Under the pieces are notes generated by a model that was not told the DNA's origin, did not search any database, and saw only the letters and a program-made list of their open reading frames with translations. From assembly GCA_050735675.1 (NCBI GenBank), contig JBOHVN010000244.1, forward strand, positions 17,882 to 81,881: a stretch of 64,000 bases of DNA, read 5' to 3'. Shown piece by piece: positions 8,248 through 16,588 of the stretch. A program made the position numbers and the translations under genes. The DNA comes from Candidatus Binatia bacterium. Lineage in GTDB: Bacteria > Desulfobacterota > Binatia > UBA9968. Position 1 is the first letter of the stretch. Every line of letters begins with the position of its first letter.

Positions 8248-9800
8248 AATCGGCGCGGGGAAGAATTGTTCAGGCGACCGGCCTGCTTATGGCACTGCAA
8301 GTCGTTGAGCAGGTGACCGGGCTTTTGAAGCAGGTACTGATCGCGGCGGCGTTCGGGATCTCGGCAACGATGGACAGTTATGTAGTTGCGATCAGTGTCG
8401 TCGGCCTTATCTTGCTGTGGGTCAGGTTGCCGGTGCGGGAAACGTTGATTCCTTTGTTCCGCTATAATTTGGCGCGGTGCGGCGAAGAGACCTCTTGGCG
8501 ACACGCCAGTATTATGCTCAATAACTTTTCTATCGCCCTTATTTTCATCGTTCTTGCCGGAGAGATATTAGCCCCCTACATCGTAAACATTGTGGCCCTT
8601 GGTTTTAATGAAGAAGGCCAATCTTTGGCCACTTCCTTAGCTCGAATCACGATGCCCATCGTGGCGTTCATCGGAATGGGAACTCTCCTGGCACAGATGT
8701 CCTATTCTTACGAGAAATTTTTCCGCCCCGGCATCGTCGGTACGGTAAACAATCTTATAGTTCTTCTCGCACTTCTCACTGCCGGAAGCATGTACGGAAT
8801 TCATGGTTTGGCGATCGCGGTAGTGATAGGCGCCGGTTGCGAGTTTCTTTTTCAGCTCCCTCTTCTGTGGCACAAACGAAAGCTCTACTCTTTCGAAGTG
8901 AACCTGCGCCACCCGGAGATGCTCCAAATGGGAAAGCTCAGCTTTCCCCTACTTATCTCTACCGGAGGCAATGAACTCGCGCGGATTACCGACCGAATGT
9001 TTGCATCGCTTTTGTCTGCTGGTAGCCTTTCGGCGCTAGCGTTTGCTCATCGACCGATATCGGTCTTGGTCGATTTTCTCATCAACCCTTTACTTCAGGC
9101 CGTCTTTCCTCACTTCGCGAAGCTTAGTGCCGAACAGGATTTTGCTACCCTATCGAAGGAACTGTTCTACTACTTGCGGGGGGTCTTGTTTTTTACCCTT
9201 CCAGCCGCTATTGGCACCATGCTCACCGCAGAAGCCATTGTTAAAGCATTCTACCAACGTGGGGCCTTTGATGAGGCTGCGGTCCAGTTAACCAGTCAGG
9301 CACTATTATGCTATGCAATTGGATTTCCCGCCGTGGCAATCATGAGAGTATTGCGGCGGACGTTTTTCGGCCTTAAAGATACCTGGACACCGACCAAGAT
9401 AGCGTTGCTTCGAATCGCGATCAAAATTGTACTTTCTTGGATCCTAATACGGTATTTTGCTCACGCGGGTATAGCTTTGGCTGAGTCGCTTTCATTAATT
9501 GCAAACGCGGTGCTGCTTTTCTGCTTTCTTCCGAAAGAGATCAAGAGGCAAGAGGGTGCAAGGACGCTGGTAGCGTTCGCAAAGACTTTAGGCAGCTGCA
9601 CTATCATGGGAATCATTGTGTACCTTACGAAGGGTATGCTCGGGGTGAGGGTTGGCCCAACTGTGGATCTCGCTTTGGTGGTGTTTGTCGGTGTCGCAGT
9701 TTACGGGCTAATCGCGAGCTTCCTTCAGGCACAGACGGTCGGCGCGCTCTTGAGGGTCGTGACGGAACTAGGGAGCAAATATCGCCCGCGGAGTTCGTGA
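8244..9800 (+). CDS. MurJ/MviN-family (MOP superfamily) polysaccharide flippase
   Basis: 518-aa polytopic ORF (about 14 hydrophobic segments) with a MurJ-like N-terminus (LLKQVLIAAAFGISATMDSYVVA). The start overlaps the upstream stop (ATGA). Confidence 0.75.
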   Translation: MKSARGRIVQATGLLMALQVVEQVTGLLKQVLIAAAFGISATMDSYVVAISVVGLILLWVRLPVRETLIPLFRYNLARCGEETSWRHASIMLNNFSIALIFIVLAGEILAPYIVNIVALGFNEEGQSLATSLARITMPIVAFIGMGTLLAQMSYSYEKFFRPGIVGTVNNLIVLLALLTAGSMYGIHGLAIAVVIGAGCEFLFQLPLLWHKRKLYSFEVNLRHPEMLQMGKLSFPLLISTGGNELARITDRMFASLLSAGSLSALAFAHRPISVLVDFLINPLLQAVFPHFAKLSAEQDFATLSKELFYYLRGVLFFTLPAAIGTMLTAEAIVKAFYQRGAFDEAAVQLTSQALLCYAIGFPAVAIMRVLRRTFFGLKDTWTPTKIALLRIAIKIVLSWILIRYFAHAGIALAESLSLIANAVLLFCFLPKEIKRQEGARTLVAFAKTLGSCTIMGIIVYLTKGMLGVRVGPTVDLALVVFVGVAVYGLIASFLQAQTVGALLRVVTELGSKYRPRSS

Positions 9801-9920
9801 GCCATATCAACAGCCGTCATTTAAATTCGCAATGCTACTCGCACGTTGTTCCTAGCTTACGAGGCGAAGAAGGCTCGGACCTAACGACATCGACTCATTA
9901 GACTTGGGGAATACGTGACG

Positions 9921-10763
9921 ATGAAACCCTACATCAATCCTAAGACACGCGTCATGAAGGTTGTCAGATCACTGACAGCACCAATGCGAGTCATGCCGAA
10001 TTTTTTGTTTATCGGCGGCAACAGGTGCGGCACGACGACTTTGTATAGGCATCTCTGTGATCATCCTTGTGTGGCACCGTCGGTGCGAAGCGAGGTGCTG
10101 TTCTTCGATTTGAAATTCGCCAAGGGTCTGGGATGGTACAAGACTCATTTTCCCACGGTTATTTACAAGCATTGGACCCAATTACGGACAAGAAGGTTTC
10201 TTACCGGCGAGGGAACTACGTATTACATGTTTCATCCACGTGCTCCTCAAAGGATCCGAGAGACGTTGCCAGAGGTTAAGCTGATAATATTACTGCGAAA
10301 TCCAGTTGACAGAGCGTATTCACAGTACCACCAAAAAATTAGAAGAGGCCGGGAGACCTTATCGTTTGAAGACGCGGTCGAGGCCGAGCCCCGGAGGCTT
10401 GAAGGGGAGCTGGAGAAGATGCTAGCGGATGCCAATTACATCAGCGTTCATCACCGCGATCATTCTTATCTGGCGAGAGGCGTCTACATTAGTCAGCTTA
10501 GTCATTGGATGACCCTGTTTCCGAAAGAGCAAATGTTAATTCTGCGCAGTGAAGACTTACGTGTCAGGCCGGCGGATCTCTTCAAGCAGGCTTTAAGGTT
10601 TTTGGAATTGCCGATCTGGGAACCGCCGGCCTACGACAACTACAATTTTGCCACGTACTGCCAGATGGAGTCCCGCACTCGCAAGCGTTTAATCGACTAC
10701 TTCAACCCGCACAATCAGCGATTGTATGAGTTCTTAGGACGGGATTTTGGCTGGGACAGATGA
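9921..10763 (+). CDS. PAPS-dependent sulfotransferase, type B (copy B1)
   Basis: It has a 5'-PSB loop (FIGGNRCGTTT) and a 3'-PB motif (LLRNPVDRAYSQY). The ORF is open from GTG 9915. Confidence 0.8.
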   Translation: MKPYINPKTRVMKVVRSLTAPMRVMPNFLFIGGNRCGTTTLYRHLCDHPCVAPSVRSEVLFFDLKFAKGLGWYKTHFPTVIYKHWTQLRTRRFLTGEGTTYYMFHPRAPQRIRETLPEVKLIILLRNPVDRAYSQYHQKIRRGRETLSFEDAVEAEPRRLEGELEKMLADANYISVHHRDHSYLARGVYISQLSHWMTLFPKEQMLILRSEDLRVRPADLFKQALRFLELPIWEPPAYDNYNFATYCQMESRTRKRLIDYFNPHNQRLYEFLGRDFGWDR

Positions 10764-10981
10764 AGCACGATTCATAGGGTGGTGCAGAGACTTTGCCCGC
10801 AGTGAGACGGGCTAAAGGTGTCTCCTCGGGCACCCCAATGCGGCGCGCCTATATCAATCGAGTACTTTAAGCAGTATCCGTGCTTTTCCCCGATGTAAGG
10901 ATCTCGACTCCTTCGGCAACGTTCGTGACTCGTGAATTGTAGGTCAACATTAACGTCATCAAACAGGTAACGGAGGTGCTT

Positions 10982-11854
10982 ATGTTTCAAAAATTTCTTC
11001 TGGTTATCGGCATCGCGATCTTCATGGGTATGGCCTTCAGTTCGCCAACGTTAGGGGCGCCTTGCGGAGGTAATACCGTATGTGTCTGCGGCGACACAGT
11101 GGAGGCGGATCGGACCCTGACGGGGGCCGACCCCGTACTGAACGCTGTGTGTCCGGGTGACGGTCTGATTATGAACACGAGCGGCGTCACTTTGAACCTC
11201 CGGGGCGAGAGGATCAAAGGCGATGGCGGTGCCGGCGACGTTGGCATAAGGATCTTAGATGGCGTTAACAATATCGAGATCGTAGACGGTGAAATCAGGG
11301 AGTTTGGGACCGGCATCAAGTCCCAGGGAACGACTACTGGGTCCACCATCAAAGAGATCGGCATCAAAGGCAGTACCTTGGACGGCATGGACATTTGGGG
11401 CACCGGCAATATCTTCGAAAACAATAGGCAACTAGCCGGAAACGGCGGCGATGGCATGAGAATCACCGGGGATGATAACTTCGTAACGCTTAACCGGGCA
11501 GTCGAGAACGTCGGGGACGGGATCGTAGTGATCGGGAACCATAACGACATCTCCGAGAAGAATCAAAGTTCTAACAATAAGGGCAATGGAATGTATGTCG
11601 AGGGGAATGATAATGCCATCCTCGACAATAACCAGATACATCACAACAAAGGCTATGGGCTCCGCGTCATCGGGACTGGCAATATTATCACACGGAATAT
11701 GACCAACAGAGACGGTCCGTTAGGGATTTTGGTAACCGGGTTAAATGCCGTTGATGGAAATAACATTGATGGTGGCGGCAACAACTCCAACCAGGGCCCC
11801 AAATATCTCACCAGCTCAGATTGCGAGATCGACGGGAACGCATGTCTGCCCTAG
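10982..11854 (+). CDS. Secreted right-handed parallel beta-helix repeat protein
   Basis: GGAGG lies 5 nt upstream of ATG 10982, and a signal peptide is present (FLLVIGIAIFMGMAFSSPTLGA). Repeated G-x-G-(I/M/L)-x-(I/V)-x-G turns occur (GDGMRITG, GDGIVVIG, GNGMYVEG, GYGLRVIG). Cys-rich segments cap both ends. Confidence 0.65.
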   Translation: MFQKFLLVIGIAIFMGMAFSSPTLGAPCGGNTVCVCGDTVEADRTLTGADPVLNAVCPGDGLIMNTSGVTLNLRGERIKGDGGAGDVGIRILDGVNNIEIVDGEIREFGTGIKSQGTTTGSTIKEIGIKGSTLDGMDIWGTGNIFENNRQLAGNGGDGMRITGDDNFVTLNRAVENVGDGIVVIGNHNDISEKNQSSNNKGNGMYVEGNDNAILDNNQIHHNKGYGLRVIGTGNIITRNMTNRDGPLGILVTGLNAVDGNNIDGGGNNSNQGPKYLTSSDCEIDGNACLP

Positions 11855-11901
11855 TTTTTGACTGTGACTGAAGCGCAAGTATCTTCGAGGAGTGCTGACG
11901 T

Positions 11902-12744
11902 ATGGATGCAGTTGAGTTGCAAAGGCTTCTCCCGTGCCTTGTTGCGCTCTCGGATAAAGCAGGCGAGACCGTGATGAAAGTTTATTCGCAAGCAGAGTTT
12001 GCGATAAATTGCAAAGAGGTTGGTTCGCCGTTAACCTGCGCGGATATGGCGTCCCATAATCTGATTGTGGAGGATCTTCACACCTTGACCGCAACGGTGC
12101 CGGTATTATCGGAAGAATCCAAGACGGTGCCCTACGACGCGCGACGGAAATGGCGGAGGTTCTGGCTCGTGGATCCACTGGACGGGACCAAAGAATTCAT
12201 CCAACGAAACGGCGAGTTCACCGTGAATATCGCGCTGGTCGAGGACGGGCGTCCGATTCTTGGTGTCGTTCACGCGCCGGCCATTAATGTGACCTACTTC
12301 GCCGCGAAGGGGGTAGGCGCGTTCAAACAGGTGGCTCAGACGCGAACGAGTGCGATTGCCGTCGGCGAATACGAGCCCGTGCGGCTGAAGATCGTGGTCA
12401 GCCGTTCCCATCCGAGTGAGGAGCTCGAGAAGCTACTTAACAGAATCGGCCCCCACGAGTGTGTCAACATGGGGAGTTCTCTAAAAATTTGCCTCGTCGC
12501 CGAAGGCGAAGCGCATCTTTATCCCCGCTTAGGGCCAACCATGGAGTGGGATACCGCCGCGGCACACTGCGTTGTCGAAATGGCGGGTGGGGCGATCACA
12601 GATTTGGCCGGGCAAACATTGAGATACAACAAGCCCGATTTGCACAATCCCGACTTCATCGTCAGCGGCATTCCCGGCTTTCCGTGGCAGAGTTATTTTG
12701 AGAACGAGAATGTCAATCCGGGCGGAATAAAAGATGCGATGTGA
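11902..12744 (+). CDS. cysQ: 3'(2'),5'-bisphosphate nucleotidase (PAP phosphatase), inositol monophosphatase family
   Basis: It has the WLVDPLDGTKEF metal-binding motif, the LSEES motif and the C-terminal WDTAAAHCV motif. Confidence 0.8.
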   Translation: MDAVELQRLLPCLVALSDKAGETVMKVYSQAEFAINCKEVGSPLTCADMASHNLIVEDLHTLTATVPVLSEESKTVPYDARRKWRRFWLVDPLDGTKEFIQRNGEFTVNIALVEDGRPILGVVHAPAINVTYFAAKGVGAFKQVAQTRTSAIAVGEYEPVRLKIVVSRSHPSEELEKLLNRIGPHECVNMGSSLKICLVAEGEAHLYPRLGPTMEWDTAAAHCVVEMAGGAITDLAGQTLRYNKPDLHNPDFIVSGIPGFPWQSYFENENVNPGGIKDAM

Positions 12745-12786
12745 CGGCCTCCGTGGTTGCACGACCACCTCCACAAGGATTCGAAA

Positions 12787-13686
12787 ATGAGGCGACCGGA
12801 TTTTTTCATCGTCGGCGCGCCAAAGTGTGGCACGACCGCAATGATCGAATACCTCAAGCAGCATCCGGAGGTATTCATCCCTGACCGCAAAGAGCTTGAC
12901 TTCTTTGGCAGTGACCTTGTGTTTAAAGGCCATCGGCTCACCGAGGAAGAATATTTGTCCTTTTTCGCGCGGGCGAAGATGGAAAAACGGGCGGGCGAGG
13001 GCTCGGTCTGGTATCTGCACTCAACAACCGCGGCGTCAGAGATTAAGAAGTTTTCTCCCTTTGCGCGAATTATAATCATGCTGCGGAATCCTCTAGACAT
13101 GATGTATTCGTTCCATAGCCAGCGTGTATATAACGGCAATGAGGATATCGAAAATTTTGCAGCCGCATTGGATGCCGAGGCGGAGCGGAAACGAGGGTCG
13201 CGCTTACCCCATGGCGCGTCGGATCTTTTCGGTTGGTGTTACCGCGACGTGGCGACCTATACGAAACAGGTCGAGAGATACTTCAGGCGCTTCGGCAGGG
13301 AACATGTCCGAGTCATTATTTACGACGATTTCGCCAACGATACCGGCCTTGCATACAGAGTAACCTGTCAATTCCTCGACGTAGGCTCGGATTTTCAACC
13401 GGATTTTCGCATCGTCAATACGAGAAAGCGGGTACGAAGTAAGGCGTTGCGAGACTTCATGCGGCGCCCCCACCCTACGGCGGGCTGGCTTTTTCGAGGA
13501 CTAGGGCTCCGCCCGGACCGCAATGACGGATATAAGGGGTGGCTCAGGCGGTTAAACAGCAGTGACCACTCTCTTCGCCCAATGGATCCGGTATTGAGGA
13601 GACAGTTGCAGCGGGAGTTTGAACCTGAAGTCCGGCAGTTAAGCGCATTACTCGGGCGTGATTTGACTCATTGGTGCAAGGCATGA
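12787..13686 (+). CDS. PAPS-dependent sulfotransferase, type A (copy A1)
   Basis: It has FFIVGAPKCGTTA (5'-PSB), MLRNPLDMMYS (3'-PB) and the YNGNEDIE block. ATG 12787 was chosen by alignment to its paralogs. Confidence 0.85.
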   Translation: MRRPDFFIVGAPKCGTTAMIEYLKQHPEVFIPDRKELDFFGSDLVFKGHRLTEEEYLSFFARAKMEKRAGEGSVWYLHSTTAASEIKKFSPFARIIIMLRNPLDMMYSFHSQRVYNGNEDIENFAAALDAEAERKRGSRLPHGASDLFGWCYRDVATYTKQVERYFRRFGREHVRVIIYDDFANDTGLAYRVTCQFLDVGSDFQPDFRIVNTRKRVRSKALRDFMRRPHPTAGWLFRGLGLRPDRNDGYKGWLRRLNSSDHSLRPMDPVLRRQLQREFEPEVRQLSALLGRDLTHWCKA

Positions 13687-13883
13687 AACGGCTCATTGAT
13701 CCTAAGCCACTGCCGCCTTTTCTGAAGCGGTTAGTCAAGGCCCCTCGGGCGCTCACGGCCAGCGTCTGACTCGTGCTGGATTTTTTCATCATCGGAGCTC
13801 AACGGTGCGGCATTAATTATTTCAAGCCGCACAATCAGCGGTTGTATGAATTTTTAGAGCGTGATTTCGGCTGGGGACGGTGA
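13683..13883 (+). pseudogene. Decayed type-B sulfotransferase: in-frame internal deletion plus nonsense codon
   Basis: A 67-codon frame reads MKRLIDPKPLPPFLKRLVKAPRALTASV-TGA-LVLDFFIIGAQRCG joined directly to INYFKPHNQRLYEFLERDFGWGR-stop. The N-terminus matches copy B2 and the C-terminus matches copy B1. About 220 core codons are missing. Confidence 0.75.
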
Positions 13884-13924
13884 AGCAGGTTGTCGCAGTG
13901 CTCCCTGGTACAGGAGATTCAAAA

Positions 13925-14827
13925 ATGCGGCGACCGGATTTTTTTCTTGTGGGCGCACACAAGTGTGGCACGACCGCAATGATGGACTGTCTGAAGCAGC
14001 ACCCGGAGGTCTTCGTCCCTGCAGCCCGAAAAGAGCTGGACTTCTTTGGCAGTGATCTCCCATTTAAGCGCCGCCGGCTCAGCGAGGAAGAATACCTAGC
14101 CTTTTTTGCGCGGGCGACGACGGAGAGGCGGGCGGGCGAGAGCTCACCCTGGTATCTGTACTCAACACACGCGGCTTTAGAAATCAAGGCATTTTCCCCC
14201 TCGGCCCGGATCCTCATTATGCTGCGCAGCCCTGTGGACATGATGTATTACCTGCATAGCCAGCGAGTGTATAACGGCAATGAGGATATCGAGGATTTTG
14301 AAACGGCATTGGCCGCAGAAGAGGAACGACTGCGAGGGTTGCGCTTACCCCAAAAGGCGTCGGATGACTTCGGGTGTTTTTACCGGGACGTGGCGCGATA
14401 CAGCAAGCAGGTCGAGCGGTACTTCACCGTCTTCGGCAAGGACCATGTACATGTGATTCTTACTGAAGCTTTTGCGCGCCATCCTGGTCCGATATACCGA
14501 GGAGTCTGTCGCTTTCTCGATGTGGATTGGACTTTTCAGCCGGTCTTTCGCATTCTCAATAGCAGGAAGCGAATCCGGAGTGAGGCGTTACGCAACTTGC
14601 TGCGGCGGCCCCACCCGACCTCCGACTGGTTGTTTCGAGCCTTACAGCTCCGCCCCGACCGTAACGGAGGCTACAAAGGATGGCTCAGACGATTGAACAG
14701 CACTTCGCGTGCCTTGCGCCCTTTGGATGGCGCACTTCGAGAAAGACTGCAACTCGAGTTTGAGCCCGAGGTCCGGCGGCTGGGCGAACTGCTTGGCCGT
14801 GATTTGAGCCACTGGTGCGCGAGATGA
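13925..14827 (+). CDS. PAPS-dependent sulfotransferase, type A (copy A2)
   Basis: It has FFLVGAHKCGTTA, MLRSPVDMMYY and YNGNEDIE. By eye its nucleotide similarity to A1 is high. The ORF is open from GTG 13880. Confidence 0.85.
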   Translation: MRRPDFFLVGAHKCGTTAMMDCLKQHPEVFVPAARKELDFFGSDLPFKRRRLSEEEYLAFFARATTERRAGESSPWYLYSTHAALEIKAFSPSARILIMLRSPVDMMYYLHSQRVYNGNEDIEDFETALAAEEERLRGLRLPQKASDDFGCFYRDVARYSKQVERYFTVFGKDHVHVILTEAFARHPGPIYRGVCRFLDVDWTFQPVFRILNSRKRIRSEALRNLLRRPHPTSDWLFRALQLRPDRNGGYKGWLRRLNSTSRALRPLDGALRERLQLEFEPEVRRLGELLGRDLSHWCAR

Positions 14828-15684
14828 AGCGACTGGTTAATCCGCAGCGGCTGCCGCCTTTTTTAAAGGGTGTGGCCAAGGCTCCCAGGGTGCTGACCGC
14901 GGGAATACGACTCCTGCCGGATTTCCTGATCATCGGCGCGCAGCGCTGCGGCACAACGTCACTGCAAAGATATCTGATCCAGCATCCATGCATTGCGCCG
15001 TCGTTCAGAAAAGAGGTGCATTTTTTCGACAGGAACCTCAAGAAGGGGGTGAATTGGTACCGGGCGCATTTCCCATCGGCGCCACACAAATATTACGTAA
15101 CGACGATTCTGCGGCGCAGGTTCCTGACCGGCGAAGCCAGTGCGGCTTATCTTTTTTATCCGCATGCGCCGAAAAGGATCTTAGAAACCGTGCCGCGCGC
15201 CAAGCTGATCGTTCTGCTGCGCAACCCCGTCGATAGGGCCTACTCTCAATACCAGCACGAAGCGAGTCTCAGGTACGAAACTTTGCCCTTTGAAGCGGCG
15301 ATCGAGCAGGAGCCGCGGCGACTTGAGGGCGAGAGAGAGAAGATGCTCTGCGACGAAGGCTATGACAGCTACAGTTACCGGCACCATTCGTATCTTTCGC
15401 GGGGCGTTTACGCGGACCAGCTGGCGATCTGGATGAATCTATTTTCGAGGGAGCAGATGCTCATCTTGCAAAGCGAGGATTTCTTCGCCGGCCCCGCCAG
15501 CGTCTTCCAAAAAGTTCTGCGGTTCCTCGATCTACCCCCGTGGGAGCTCGCCAATTTTAAGCGCTATAATGCTCGGGAGTACTCTACCATGGATGGCGCA
15601 ACCAGGAGACGGTTAATTGAGTATTTCGAGCCGCATAACCGGCGGTTGTCTGAACTGGTGGGTCGAAATTTCTCCTGGGATTAG
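14824..15684 (+). CDS. PAPS-dependent sulfotransferase, type B (copy B2)
   Basis: ATG 14824 overlaps the A2 stop (ATGA). It has IIGAQRCGTTS, LLRNPVDRAYSQY and EPRRLEGE. Confidence 0.85.
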   Translation: MKRLVNPQRLPPFLKGVAKAPRVLTAGIRLLPDFLIIGAQRCGTTSLQRYLIQHPCIAPSFRKEVHFFDRNLKKGVNWYRAHFPSAPHKYYVTTILRRRFLTGEASAAYLFYPHAPKRILETVPRAKLIVLLRNPVDRAYSQYQHEASLRYETLPFEAAIEQEPRRLEGEREKMLCDEGYDSYSYRHHSYLSRGVYADQLAIWMNLFSREQMLILQSEDFFAGPASVFQKVLRFLDLPPWELANFKRYNAREYSTMDGATRRRLIEYFEPHNRRLSELVGRNFSWD

Positions 15685-15701
15685 TCGACAATCATTTCGC
15701 T

Positions 15702-16514
15702 ATGAAATTCGCCATTCGTGACGATGACACATCATTCTTCACCCGACCGGAGCAGTTGTTGCGGGCTTACGACGGCATCTGGGACAAAGCGCCGGTATCT
15801 CTGGCCGTCGTGCCATTTCATGGCCGCACAAGGACCGAGAGCATCCCGGTAAAATATTGGTCCGGAGGCAGTGAATTGTATCCGGTGGCCGATAACTGTG
15901 AGTTGGTTGCATTCTTAAAGGATCGAACAGCGCGCAAGCAGACATCTATTATGTTGCATGGCTACAGCCATGTAGACGAACCGGATGGCCATGAGTTTCA
16001 AACAGGAGTCGATCTGGAGCGCAAGGTGCGCGAGGGCAGAGAGTATTTAGAAAAGTTGTTTGGTGTACCTGTCTACGCCTTTGTCCCGCCTCACAACGCT
16101 TTTTCTGCAAGGGCCTTCCAGGCGGTGACCTCTGCTGGACTGGATATCGTGCAAATCGTCCATTTTCGTAAAGCGCGGCCTTTTACAGTAAGCTTTTTGC
16201 CGCAGCTTGCGCGGGTCGTCTGGGCGCAGAAGGTTTGGCAACAACGCTATCCATATTTATTGGATTTCAAGACGCACCGCGAAGTGGCTTACCATTCGCT
16301 CACCCCGTCGGTTTCCTGTCAAAGGCGGTTGGCGGAGCTGGAATTCTGTCATCGGCGGAGGGGCGTGTTTGTCGTGGCCACACACCATTGGGAGCTCGAC
16401 CGACTGACAAAAGACGGCTTGACTCTGCGCCGGGCGCTCGAACGCCTGGTGCATCGTGCCGGCGAACTGGGCGCGCAGTTCTGTTCGGTGAACCAAGTAT
16501 TGGGGCGAGAATGA
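15702..16514 (+). CDS. Polysaccharide deacetylase-like protein (DUF2334/CE4-like)
   Basis: It has the FAIRDDD and MLHGYSHVDE motifs. It is a paralog in pattern of 26918..27712. Confidence 0.5.
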   Translation: MKFAIRDDDTSFFTRPEQLLRAYDGIWDKAPVSLAVVPFHGRTRTESIPVKYWSGGSELYPVADNCELVAFLKDRTARKQTSIMLHGYSHVDEPDGHEFQTGVDLERKVREGREYLEKLFGVPVYAFVPPHNAFSARAFQAVTSAGLDIVQIVHFRKARPFTVSFLPQLARVVWAQKVWQQRYPYLLDFKTHREVAYHSLTPSVSCQRRLAELEFCHRRRGVFVVATHHWELDRLTKDGLTLRRALERLVHRAGELGAQFCSVNQVLGRE

Positions 16515-16588
16515 GGCGTACCCGAAATTCACCGCGACTCCTGAAGTTATTCACCGTCATCATTCGCGTCAATTAATCAGGAAACTAA

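Noticed and set aside
13767-13769. The internal TGA of the sulfotransferase remnant as a possible recoding (Sec/readthrough) site.
   Set aside because: Even with readthrough, the product would lack the entire catalytic core (about 220 codons). No SECIS-like hairpin is evident. Decay is the simpler explanation.
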